From NCBI GenBank assembly GCA_965261595.1, contig CBDHDG010000005.1:320001-384000 (forward strand): a stretch of 64,000 nucleotides of DNA, read 5' to 3'. The notes below the pieces were generated by a model that was given only the letters and a program-made list of their open reading frames with translations, made no database searches and was not told where the DNA came from. Shown here one piece after another: positions 9,816 to 19,041 of this stretch. Origin of the DNA: a bacterium. Lineage in GTDB: Bacteria > UBA8248 > JACPRG01 > G963555815. The number at the start of each line of letters is the position of its first letter. The stretch's first letter is position 1. A program made the position numbers and the translations under genes.

Positions 9816-12311
9816 GTGATGGCGCAGTATGACATCAACATCCGGGATTACTGGAGGATCATCCGCAAGCGCCGGACGGTGATCATCTTCACAACGGTCT
9901 TGTTGGCGTTGCTCAGCTTTGTCTTCGGCAAGCTCAACGAACCGATTCCCATCTATTCCGCCGCTTCGGCGGTCAAGTTCCAGCGCAGCACGACGCTCGC
10001 CGGACTCGTGGCGGAAGCCTTCACGTTCGCCCCCACCGATGAAATGGCCACGCAGATGGTCATCGCCAGGAGCTACCCCATCATGGAGGGGGTGGCCAAA
10101 GGCCTGAAGCTGATCGATCCGGACCTTTCGTCGGAGAAGATTCGCTCCGACCGCCGCCTGGTCTCCACCGTCAACGGGCTGCGCAGGCAGGTCGCCGTCA
10201 CGCAGCAGGGCGAGACCAACATCATGACCATCCGCGTCACCTCCACCGACCCGAAACTGGCCTCCCGGATCGCCAACTTGGTGGCGCGCGTGTACCAGGC
10301 GCAGATGGCCCTCGATCGGAACAAGGAAACCCGCGAATCGCGCCTGTTCATCGAAAGCCAGCTCAAGCTGGTGGAGGGCAGACTCCGGAAGGCGGAGAAC
10401 CGGGTCAAGAAATTCCAGGAGACTCACCGGTTCTTTACCGTCCGCGGGCTGGCGAGCGCGATGACGTCGGAGCTGCAGAAACTGGAAAGAGACCTGGGGA
10501 ACCGGCGGAACAAGCTGATGGCGACGAGCCTGCTCTTGAAGCAGCTCCGGGGGATCAAGGCCTTGAAGGGCCACAGCAACGAGCGCCTGTTCATCGACGC
10601 CGGCTCGCCGGCCGCCCGGTTGAACGGCCGGCTGCTCGATTTCCAGCTCAAGCGGGACGCCCTGCTCCTCGTCTTCACCAACGATCACCCCGAGGTCATC
10701 GAGACCAACCGGCAGATCATCGACCTGCTGGATGAGATGGAGAACGAGTTGTCGGCCGAGGAGCGGATTCGAAAGCTCCGGGTGGGGGAGTTGGCAAAAC
10801 AGGTCGAATCGGCGAGGAAGCGGGCCGCGGAAGTTCCGGACATCGGCGTGCTGTACGGCCGTCTCCAGCAACAGGTGAAGGTCAACGGCGAGGTCTACAG
10901 CCTTCTGATCGGCAAGCTGCAAACGGCCCGGATCCGCGAGGCGGGGCTGACCAGTGAGGTGTCCATCGTCCGGCCCGCGTTCGAGCCGAACACCCCGATC
11001 AACAAGCCCTCCCTCATCCTCAACTCCCTCATCGGGGCCATCATCGGCATGGTGGTCGGGTTGGTCTTCGCGTTCCTGCTGGAAACGCTGGACACCTCCA
11101 TCGGCGCCATCGAGGACGTCGAGGAGTTTCTGGGCGTTCCGGTGGTGGGGATCATCCCCTACACCGATCCGGATTTCTTGTTCCGGGATTATCTCAACGA
11201 GAATCCGGGGAAGACGGAGAGTTTCGCCTCGGAAGTGTTTTACCGCCTGGCCTGCCATTTCATGCCGCGAACGCCCATGGCGGAGGCCTACCGCTCGCTG
11301 CGGACCAACATGGAGTTCCTGTCCCTGGAAAAGAGCGGCAACGCGTTCGTGGTGACGAGCTCCTCTCCCGGCGAGGGGAAGACCAATACGGTCATCAACC
11401 TGGCGTTGGCCTTTTCCCAGTCGGGCAAGCGGACCCTGCTCATCAGCGCGGACCTCAGACGCCCGACCATCTACCGGATCTTCGGCATCGAACGGGACCC
11501 CGGCCTGACCGATGTCCTCCTCGGAAACAACGAATGGCGCGAAGTGGTGCGGACCGTGACGGACATCATGATCGGAAAGTTCGACATGGAGGACATCATG
11601 TTGACCCCCGGTCTGGACAACCTGTCCATCATGACTTGCGGCCCGATCCCCCCCAACCCGGCCGAGCTGCTCAACTCCGCCACGATGAAGAACTTCCTCC
11701 AGGAGGTCTCCGAGGCTTACGACGTTGTCCTCATGGACACCCCCCCCATCCTCCCCGTCACCGACGCGGCCATCCTCGGCACGATGGTCCACGGCACCAT
11801 CCTGGTCTACCAGGTCGGTCAGGTCGCCCGGGGCGCACTACGGCGCGCCAAGGTGACGATGGACAACGTTCAGGCCCCGGTTTGGGGAGTCGTTCTCAAC
11901 TCCCTGCGAGTGGAAGATGACGAGGTGGATCCGGAGGAAGCCGGGCGGGTTGAGGACGAAGCCGATGATGATGAAGACGTGGAATACCGGACACCGCCGG
12001 GCGGAGGGAGGCGGAAGTCCTCCAAGACCCCGGCCGTCGGGTTCCTCTTGGGGGTTCTGGCCTTGGTGGGAGGGTGGCTCTGGCAGGAAGGGTATCCGAT
12101 TCCTTACGTGAAGGCCCGTCGCACCCTCATGGAACCCATCCGGAAGTCCGCCCCCGCGACGAAACCCGCCCGGCGGAAGGTGACGGGTTCCACCCTCCCG
12201 GCGCGCGACGAAGGCGCCCGTCTTTCCAACCGAAATGCGCGGTCTCCGTCCGGCGGGCCCAAGAGCCCATCCGCGACAAGGCCGATCGGGCCCGGTCCAT
12301 CCAGTCCGTGA
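9816..12311 (+). CDS. Polysaccharide co-polymerase/tyrosine autokinase (Wzc/GumC family)
   Basis: Wzz-like N-terminus with 2 TMs and coiled coil; AEAYRSLRTN, Walker A SSSPGEGKT, ADLRRP, GPIPPNPAELL, Walker B DTPP. Confidence 0.92.
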   Translation: MMAQYDINIRDYWRIIRKRRTVIIFTTVLLALLSFVFGKLNEPIPIYSAASAVKFQRSTTLAGLVAEAFTFAPTDEMATQMVIARSYPIMEGVAKGLKLIDPDLSSEKIRSDRRLVSTVNGLRRQVAVTQQGETNIMTIRVTSTDPKLASRIANLVARVYQAQMALDRNKETRESRLFIESQLKLVEGRLRKAENRVKKFQETHRFFTVRGLASAMTSELQKLERDLGNRRNKLMATSLLLKQLRGIKALKGHSNERLFIDAGSPAARLNGRLLDFQLKRDALLLVFTNDHPEVIETNRQIIDLLDEMENELSAEERIRKLRVGELAKQVESARKRAAEVPDIGVLYGRLQQQVKVNGEVYSLLIGKLQTARIREAGLTSEVSIVRPAFEPNTPINKPSLILNSLIGAIIGMVVGLVFAFLLETLDTSIGAIEDVEEFLGVPVVGIIPYTDPDFLFRDYLNENPGKTESFASEVFYRLACHFMPRTPMAEAYRSLRTNMEFLSLEKSGNAFVVTSSSPGEGKTNTVINLALAFSQSGKRTLLISADLRRPTIYRIFGIERDPGLTDVLLGNNEWREVVRTVTDIMIGKFDMEDIMLTPGLDNLSIMTCGPIPPNPAELLNSATMKNFLQEVSEAYDVVLMDTPPILPVTDAAILGTMVHGTILVYQVGQVARGALRRAKVTMDNVQAPVWGVVLNSLRVEDDEVDPEEAGRVEDEADDDEDVEYRTPPGGGRRKSSKTPAVGFLLGVLALVGGWLWQEGYPIPYVKARRTLMEPIRKSAPATKPARRKVTGSTLPARDEGARLSNRNARSPSGGPKSPSATRPIGPGPSSP

Positions 12312-12606
12312 TCAGCCTCCGGTGGCCTGGACCCTTTTGATCTGGAAAGCCGAAGCCGGTCAGAGCTTTGAAAAACAATTGAGTTTGAGTCCTCTTCTGA
12401 TTTGTATAAGACTTTACACTTGGCGGATTTCACCCCTAAAATGGCATAAAATGTTTCCTGGCGGAGGGCATCGCCCGGCTGAGCCGTAAGTCTTATCGCG
12501 GACGGTGGGTGGACGGGCGCTTCCGGGGGGGGTGATTCGGTTTGGGGCATTGCTTCGAGTCGGATGACTCCGCCTCATTTCTTTTAATAGCGAGAGACCG
12601 AGCCAA

Positions 12607-13839
12607 ATGACGCACCCGACGTTCAAGGACATGATGCAGGACGTGGTGTTCTGGGGGAGTTGTTGCGAGTGCGGATCGTGCGTCCTCGTGTGCCCCCACA
12701 ACGTCATCGAGTACGTGGGCGGCAAGCCCAAGCAGACGGCCAAGGCGGCGGCCGCCCACGACTACTGCGGGATCAGCGAAGGCATCGGCTGCGACGTCTG
12801 CGCGGCCGTTTGCCCCAGGCTTTATCCGAAGGAGTGGCATCTCAAGGACCTTCTGTTCGGAAACGACCGGCCCTACGAGGGAGCCTTCGGGACGTACCGC
12901 ACCATCCAGGTGGCCCGCGCCAAAGACCCCGGGATGCTCGCGGCGGGCGAGGACGGCGGCGTCGTGACGACCATCCTGGAATGGGCCATGCGGGAGGGCG
13001 TCATCGACGGGGCCGTCACCGCCTCGTTGGACGGGAAGCTTCCCTGCCAGCCTGCGCCCACCGTGGTCACCTCTGTGGAGGAGCTCCGGAAGACCGCCAA
13101 GTCCTGGTACACCTATGTCCCCAACAACCTGGGGCTGGAGGAGGTCAAGAAAAAGGGCCTCGAAAAGGTGGCCTTCGTCGGCGTGCCCTGTCAGATCACC
13201 CCGATCCGGAAGATGGAGCTCTGCGACCCGGACTTCATCAAGACGCCGGACAAGCGGCCCAAGATCGTCGAGAAGCAGGAAGAGTTCCTGAAGGGTTTCA
13301 GCCGGCGCGTCGCCCTGAACATCGGCCTGTTCTGCACGGAGGTCTTCAACTACCAGGGCCTGATGGTGGAGAAGATCCAGGGCGAGCTCGGCGTCCCCCT
13401 GTCCGACGTGGTCAAGTTCAACGTCAAGGGAAAGGTCCTTGTGTACAAGAAGGACGGAGAGACCGTCGAGCTCAAGCTGAAGGAGTGCGCCACGAAGTAC
13501 GGCCGGCCCGAGTGCCACCATTGCGGGGACTTTTCCGCCGAATTGGCCGACATCGCCTGCGGGGGCGTCGGCGCCATGGGGTGGACCATCGTCGTCACCC
13601 GAACGCCCAGGGGGGAAGAAATCTGGAACCGCGTGGAGGCGTCCGGCCTGGTCGAGGTGAAATCCATCGAGGACTTCGAGAAGTCCCTCCGGGTCCTCAA
13701 TATCCTCGCCGAGCGGCAGACCAAGCGGGTGCCGGAGGGGACGCGGCTGCGGGGCATGCCCCGCGCGCCCCTGGAAGGCGGCGTGGTCCAGCGAACGGGC
13801 ACGGAGCCCATCGAGACCGGGACGTTGTTGGACGCCTGA
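12607..13839 (+). CDS. Coenzyme F420 hydrogenase/dehydrogenase beta-subunit family protein (FrhB/FdhB) with N-terminal 2x[4Fe-4S]
   Basis: CCECGSCVLVCP and CDVCAAVCP; GEDGGVVT, FVGVPCQI, IGLFCTE, CHHCGDFSAELADI. Confidence 0.9.
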   Translation: MTHPTFKDMMQDVVFWGSCCECGSCVLVCPHNVIEYVGGKPKQTAKAAAAHDYCGISEGIGCDVCAAVCPRLYPKEWHLKDLLFGNDRPYEGAFGTYRTIQVARAKDPGMLAAGEDGGVVTTILEWAMREGVIDGAVTASLDGKLPCQPAPTVVTSVEELRKTAKSWYTYVPNNLGLEEVKKKGLEKVAFVGVPCQITPIRKMELCDPDFIKTPDKRPKIVEKQEEFLKGFSRRVALNIGLFCTEVFNYQGLMVEKIQGELGVPLSDVVKFNVKGKVLVYKKDGETVELKLKECATKYGRPECHHCGDFSAELADIACGGVGAMGWTIVVTRTPRGEEIWNRVEASGLVEVKSIEDFEKSLRVLNILAERQTKRVPEGTRLRGMPRAPLEGGVVQRTGTEPIETGTLLDA

Positions 13840-13969
13840 TTCGGGTGAAGCGCCGGCCCGCGGGCGTTTGAAAGGCGGTGTCGCCGGACTGCCGTGTTGA
13901 TTGCGCTCCTCGTGATCGGGCCTATGTGTGAAGCTCGGGAATTCCACTTGAACCGGGAGGGTTGATGCC

Positions 13970-14824
13970 GTGGTGAAAGAGCTATTCCGCCCCGCGACCC
14001 CGGAGGACGCCGTCGCCCTCCTCGCGGAGCACAAGGGCAAGGCCAAGGTGCTGGCCGGCGGAACGGACCTCGTCGTCCTGATTCGCGCCGGGAAAATCGC
14101 GCCGGAGGTGATCGTCAGCCTCAACGGGATCGCCGCGATGCGGTCTCTGTCGTTCAACCCGGACGACGGGTTGCGGATCGGGGCGTTGACGACGCATTCG
14201 GAGCTCCTTGAAAACGGGGACGTCCAGGCACGGTATCCGGTTCTGGCGGAGACGGCCCGGGCCCTCGCGGGTCCGCCCGTCCGCAACGCCGCTTCGGTGG
14301 CCGGGAACCTGTGCCACGCGGCTCCGTCGGCCGACTTCGGGCCCCCGCTTCTGGCCCTGGGCGCCTCGGTGGCGGTCCTCGGACCCGGGGGGGAACGGAT
14401 GGTTCCGCTCACGGACTTCTTCAAGGGGCCCAACCGGACCGACCTGGCCGAGGACGAGATCCTGACGGAGATCCGGGTTCCGACCCCGGCCGAGGGTTCC
14501 GGGGCCGGTTACCAGAAGCTGGGAGTCCGGAGCGCGATGGAGATCGCCATGGTCAGCGCGGCGGCTTCCCTGACGAAGACGAACGGCTCCTGCTCGGACG
14601 TGCGCGTCGCGCTGGGGGCGGTGGCCCCGGCGCCGTTTCTGGTGAAATTGGCCGCGGCGGCCGTCGAGGGCAAGGCCCCCTCGGCGGAGGTCTTCGCCCG
14701 GGCGGGCGCGGCGGCGGCGGCGGAAAGCCAACCCATCTCGGACATCCGGGCTTCGGCCGAGTACCGGAAGAAAATGGTCGCGGTCCTGACGCGCCGGGCG
14801 CTCGCCCGCGCGGCGGGACTGTGA
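13970..14824 (+). CDS. Xanthine dehydrogenase family FAD-binding subunit (CoxM-like)
   Basis: LAGGTDL, VRNAASVAGNL, PISDIRASAEYR. Confidence 0.93.
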   Translation: MVKELFRPATPEDAVALLAEHKGKAKVLAGGTDLVVLIRAGKIAPEVIVSLNGIAAMRSLSFNPDDGLRIGALTTHSELLENGDVQARYPVLAETARALAGPPVRNAASVAGNLCHAAPSADFGPPLLALGASVAVLGPGGERMVPLTDFFKGPNRTDLAEDEILTEIRVPTPAEGSGAGYQKLGVRSAMEIAMVSAAASLTKTNGSCSDVRVALGAVAPAPFLVKLAAAAVEGKAPSAEVFARAGAAAAAESQPISDIRASAEYRKKMVAVLTRRALARAAGL

Positions 14825-14838
14825 GAGGAGAGGCGGCG

Positions 14839-15303
14839 ATGGAATGCACGCTCAACATCAACGGAAGGTCGCACATCGTCTCGGTCCGGCCCGATGAGAC
14901 GCTGCTGGACGCCCTGCGCGAAAGGCTCAACCTGACCGGCTCGAAAGAGGGCTGCGGGGAGGGCGACTGCGGGGCCTGCACGATCCAGGTGGACGGCCGG
15001 GCGGTCAACGCCTGCCTCCTCCTGGCCGCGGACGCCGAGGGCCGGGCGATCCGGACCATCGAGGGCCTGGCCGAGAACGGCGAGCTGAGCCCCATTCAGC
15101 GGGCCTTCGTCGAGAACGGGGGCATCCAGTGCGGGTTCTGCATTCCGGGAATGCTCATGTCCGCCGACGCCCTGCTGCAAAAGAATCCCAATCCCTCCGA
15201 CACGGAGATCCGCGAGGCGCTGGCGGGGAACCTTTGCCGCTGCACCGGCTACATCAAGATCTTCGAGTCGGTGAAGGCCGCGACGGAAGAGACGGCGGGA
15301 TAA
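14839..15303 (+). CDS. Xanthine dehydrogenase family 2Fe-2S subunit (CoxS-like)
   Basis: Start MECTLNING after GAGG RBS; GCGEGDCGAC, QCGFC, GNLCRCTGY. Confidence 0.95.
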   Translation: MECTLNINGRSHIVSVRPDETLLDALRERLNLTGSKEGCGEGDCGACTIQVDGRAVNACLLLAADAEGRAIRTIEGLAENGELSPIQRAFVENGGIQCGFCIPGMLMSADALLQKNPNPSDTEIREALAGNLCRCTGYIKIFESVKAATEETAG

Positions 15304-15365
15304 CCAACCCCCGATGACCGGCGGGCCCCGCGCGCGGCCGCCGGTTCCACGGAAGGAGAGAGACC

Positions 15366-17681
15366 ATGGCGCAGGCTTCCATCGGGACAAGGGTTCCCCG
15401 GCTGGACGGCGGCGAGAAGGCGATGGGCAAGGCCCAGTACCTGGCGGACCTGAAGCTGACGGGGATGACGCAGGTCCGGTTCGTCAAGTCCCCCCTGGCC
15501 CACGCCCGGATCAAATCCATCGACACCTCCAAGGCCGAGGCCCTTCCGGGCGTCGTGGCCGTCGTCACGCACGAAGACGTCCCCGACACGCTCGTCGGCG
15601 AGGTCGTCATGGACCAGCGGCTCTTCGCCAAGGAGAAGGTCCGTTACGTAGGCGACATCGTGGCCGCGGTGGCGGCGGAGGATCTGGACACCGCCAACCG
15701 GGCCGTCGAGCTCGTGAAGATCGATTACGAGGAGCTGCCGGCCGTCTTCTCGGTCGAGGAAGCGTTGAAAGAAGACGCCCCCGAGCTTCACGAGGAGTAT
15801 CAGAGCTACGAGACCATCCCGCCCGCGGCGGATCCGCACAAGATGATGACCGGCCGGAACATCTGCTGGAGGGGGATGATCAAGAAGGGGGACGTCGAGA
15901 AGGGGTTCAGCGAGGCGGACAAGGTTGTGGAAGACCACTTCGACATCCCGGCCGCCCAGGGCTCTCCCATCGAGACCCACGGCGTCGTGGCGGAGCCGGC
16001 CCGGGACGGTCGGGGAGTGACGGTCTGGACCTCCACGCAGGTGCCCTTCGGCGTCCGGGAGGTGACGGCCCACGGCCTCCACCTGCCCATTTCGAGCGTG
16101 CGCGTCATCGCCCCCACCGTCGGCGGCGGCTTCGGCTCCAAGTGCCAGCCCTGGGTGGAGCCGATGGTCGCGGCCGTCGCCATCAAGGCCGGCCGGCCGG
16201 CCCGGTACGTGATGAGCCGGGAGGAGGAGTTCGAGATCACCCAGCCGCGGCACCCGATGACGGTGATCGTGAAATCCGGGGTGATGAACGACGGGAAGAT
16301 TGTGGCCCGCCACGTCCGCATCATGATGAACACCGGCCACAGCGTGATGCTGGCGCCCATCATGGTGTCTCTGGTCGCCCATGTGGGCGGAGCGCCTTAC
16401 AACATCCCCAACCTGTGGGTGCAGTGCGTCGCCGCGTTCACGAACCTGCCGAGCTTCTCCCTTGTCCGGGGGCCGGGCGGACCCCAGGCGACCTTCGCCG
16501 TCGAGCAGCACACCGACCGTCTGGCCGACGCCGTCGGCATGGACCGGGTTGATTTCCGGATGAACAACTGCGTCGGCCCGGGCGACAAAGGCCCCTCCGG
16601 ACAGGAGCTGGGCGGCGTGGGTCTCAAAGAGGCCCTCCAGAAGGTGAAGGAATCCATTGGGTGGGGGCAAGACCGGCCCGAGGGGCGCGGCGTCGGCGTC
16701 GCCATCGGCTGGTACTCGACCCTCATCGGGATGGGCTCCTCGGCCACTGTGTCCCTGAACGAGGACGGCTCGGTCAAGGTGACGACGGGATTCGTGGACC
16801 ACGGGACCGGGAATGTGTACGGCGGTCTGCCCATCTTCATCTCCAACGAGCTGGGCGTGGACATGGACAAGATCCACATCACGAGCGGCGACACCGAGAC
16901 GGGGCCCTGGGACTACGGGACCGTGGGCAGCCGCTCGACGTACAACCACGTCCGGGCGGTGGGCGCGGCCATCGAGGATATCAAGGGGCAGCTTCGCGAG
17001 CGGGCCGCCGGCATGCTCGAAGCCGATCCCAAAGAGATGGACATTCAGGACGGCAAGGTGTTCGTCCGGAGCACGCCGGACAAGGCCATTCCCGTGGGTG
17101 TGCTCTGCGCGACGGCGGGCAAGCCGGGCTTCCCCGGCCCCATTGTCGCCAACGGCTCCTACAACGGGACCCCCTGGCCGCCCGGGGAGGACGTGGAGGT
17201 CGCGTTGGCCCTCACCTCTTTCGGGGAGCCCCCCTTCGTGGCCCAGGCCGCGGAGGTCGAAGTCGACCCGGAGACCGGGAACATCAAGGTCCTGAAGATC
17301 GCCTCGGCCGTGGACGCCGGATTCGCCCTCAACCCCATCGGCCTGGAAGGGCAGGTCGAGGGCGGGACGATACAGTCTCTGGGCCAGGCCCTGACCGAGC
17401 GGATGGTCTTCGACGACAAGGGCCGCCTGCTCAACGCGAGCTTCCTGGACTATAAGCTCCCCCTGGCCCCGGACATCCCGGAGTTCGACACGATTGTTGT
17501 CGAGAGCCAGGCCGATCAGGGAGCGATGGGGACGAAGGGGGTCGGCGAGGCGCCGGTCGTGGCGACGGCGGCAGCCATCGCGGGCGCGGTGAGCGCGGCC
17601 ACGGGCGCGACGTTCGACAAGCTCCCGCTGATGCCGGAATATGTCCTGGAACGCATCGAGGCCGCATCAGCTACGGTGTAG
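15366..17681 (+). CDS. Xanthine dehydrogenase family molybdopterin-binding subunit
   Basis: HARIKSID, GGGFGSK, VRGPGGPQ, GQVEGG, KGVGE. No AYxCSFR motif, so not form I CO dehydrogenase. Confidence 0.93.
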   Translation: MAQASIGTRVPRLDGGEKAMGKAQYLADLKLTGMTQVRFVKSPLAHARIKSIDTSKAEALPGVVAVVTHEDVPDTLVGEVVMDQRLFAKEKVRYVGDIVAAVAAEDLDTANRAVELVKIDYEELPAVFSVEEALKEDAPELHEEYQSYETIPPAADPHKMMTGRNICWRGMIKKGDVEKGFSEADKVVEDHFDIPAAQGSPIETHGVVAEPARDGRGVTVWTSTQVPFGVREVTAHGLHLPISSVRVIAPTVGGGFGSKCQPWVEPMVAAVAIKAGRPARYVMSREEEFEITQPRHPMTVIVKSGVMNDGKIVARHVRIMMNTGHSVMLAPIMVSLVAHVGGAPYNIPNLWVQCVAAFTNLPSFSLVRGPGGPQATFAVEQHTDRLADAVGMDRVDFRMNNCVGPGDKGPSGQELGGVGLKEALQKVKESIGWGQDRPEGRGVGVAIGWYSTLIGMGSSATVSLNEDGSVKVTTGFVDHGTGNVYGGLPIFISNELGVDMDKIHITSGDTETGPWDYGTVGSRSTYNHVRAVGAAIEDIKGQLRERAAGMLEADPKEMDIQDGKVFVRSTPDKAIPVGVLCATAGKPGFPGPIVANGSYNGTPWPPGEDVEVALALTSFGEPPFVAQAAEVEVDPETGNIKVLKIASAVDAGFALNPIGLEGQVEGGTIQSLGQALTERMVFDDKGRLLNASFLDYKLPLAPDIPEFDTIVVESQADQGAMGTKGVGEAPVVATAAAIAGAVSAATGATFDKLPLMPEYVLERIEAASATV

Positions 17682-17689
17682 AGGCAAAA

Positions 17690-17958
17690 CCGCGGGGGGC
17701 GCTTTTTGAAAGGCGCCCCCCCGCACCCCCCCGCAAAACTTGCTTCTTGCGAAAGAGGGCGGCGCCATAGGCGCCGCCCTCTTTCGCAAGAAGCAAGGGG
17801 CTGGACGGCCCCAAATGCGTGCTTATGATGTAGGGGCGGGTCCCCGTCCCCGCCCGAAAGTTCCGCGCGGCAAGATGAGTCGTTAGCCGTTCCATGTGCC
17901 GCCGCAAAAAGTTTTCCGGGGGGTGTGGGGGGCCGGCTTTCAAAAAGGCCCCCCACGG
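17690..17958. repeat. MITE-like element: about 50-bp imperfect terminal inverted repeats with a perfect 27-bp internal hairpin
   Basis: Left CCGCGGGGGGCGCTTTTTGAAAGGCGCCCCCCCGCACCCCCCCGCAAAACTT versus reverse complement of right end CCGTGGGGGGCCTTTTTGAAAGCCGGCCCCCCACACCCCCCGGAAAACTT; stem 17740-17766/17770-17796; GTAG-REP at 17830. Confidence 0.8.
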
Positions 17959-17967
17959 TCTTGCTTT

Positions 17968-18753
17968 TTATTCTCCTCGAAACTCCGGTTTCCGCTTCTC
18001 GGCGAAGGCCGAGGTCCCTTCTTTCGCGTCTTGCGTGCCGCGCAGGAGCGTGAACAGCGTGTTCTCGAAGGCCAGACCGTCGGCGAGGTTCATCTCCGCG
18101 CCCCGGCGGATCGCCTCCTTGGCGAACCGGACGCCGAGGGGGGCCTTCCGGCAAATGTTCTCGGCCAGCTCCCGCGCCGTTTTCATCAGCTCGCCGGGCG
18201 GGACGACGCGCGTGACCAGTCCGATGCTGAGGGCGGCGCGGGCGTCGATGCGCTCTCCCGTCAGGACCAGGTCGAGCGCGCGGGCCATGCCCACGATGCG
18301 CGAGAGCCGCTGAGTCCCGCCGGCGCCCGGCATGATCCCGAGGGACACTTCGGGCAGGCCGAGGCTCGCCGTTTCCGACGCGATCCGGATGTCGCAGCAG
18401 AGCGCCAGCTCGAGGCCGCCGCCGAGGGCGTACCCGTTGACGGCGGCGAGGATCGGCTTGGTCTGGTTTTCCAGGGCGTGGCAGACGTCCCGTCCGCCGA
18501 GGTGGGACTTGCGCTGAACCCAGGCCGATTCGTCCAGGACGGAGGCGATGGTCTTCTTGATGTCGGCGCCGGCGCAGAAGGCCTTCTCTCCCGCGCCGGC
18601 GAGGATGGCCGCCCACAGGCCGTCATCCTCCCTGAAGTCGTCGAAGACCTCCCGCATCCGCGATTCGGTTTCCGGGTCGAGGGCGTTGAGCGCCTCCGGG
18701 CGGTTCATCGTCACCGTCAGGATCCGGCCGGTCTTGTCCACATCCAGGCTCAT
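17968..18753 (-). CDS. Enoyl-CoA hydratase/isomerase (crotonase)
   Basis: AFCAGADIK, GGGLELAL, GLPEVSLGIMPGAGGTQRL; start MSLDVDK after AAGGAG. Confidence 0.95.
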   Translation of the reverse strand: MSLDVDKTGRILTVTMNRPEALNALDPETESRMREVFDDFREDDGLWAAILAGAGEKAFCAGADIKKTIASVLDESAWVQRKSHLGGRDVCHALENQTKPILAAVNGYALGGGLELALCCDIRIASETASLGLPEVSLGIMPGAGGTQRLSRIVGMARALDLVLTGERIDARAALSIGLVTRVVPPGELMKTARELAENICRKAPLGVRFAKEAIRRGAEMNLADGLAFENTLFTLLRGTQDAKEGTSAFAEKRKPEFRGE

Positions 18754-19041
18754 CTTGGGGATCTCCTTTCGTCGTCGGGGTCGGGGGGGGGGGGGGAGCG
18801 CCCGATCGTTTGATCGCCGGAGAGGGTCAATGCGGATCGGCGATTGTGACAGAAGCCGGGGAGATGACACCAGAGGTTGCGGGTCTCCGTCAAGGGCTTC
18901 CACGGGAGGGGGAGAGGGAGAGAAGGGGGAGGACGGCGCGCCGGTTGACGGAAAGGGCGGCGAGGCCGGATACTCCGTACGGTTGATTCGGGGTCCGTGT
19001 CGGAATTTCGCGGACTTTCAGCGTTGGACAGGAGCGGCTTG

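Noticed and set aside
9789..11792. Long antisense ORFs (also 12493-14433, 15249-16949, 61881-63731 and others)
   Set aside because: Shadows of well-supported genes in GC-rich DNA, with no motifs.
15366..17681. Aerobic CO dehydrogenase coxMSL
   Set aside because: Lacks the AYxCSFR/AYRGAGR loop and cox accessory genes.
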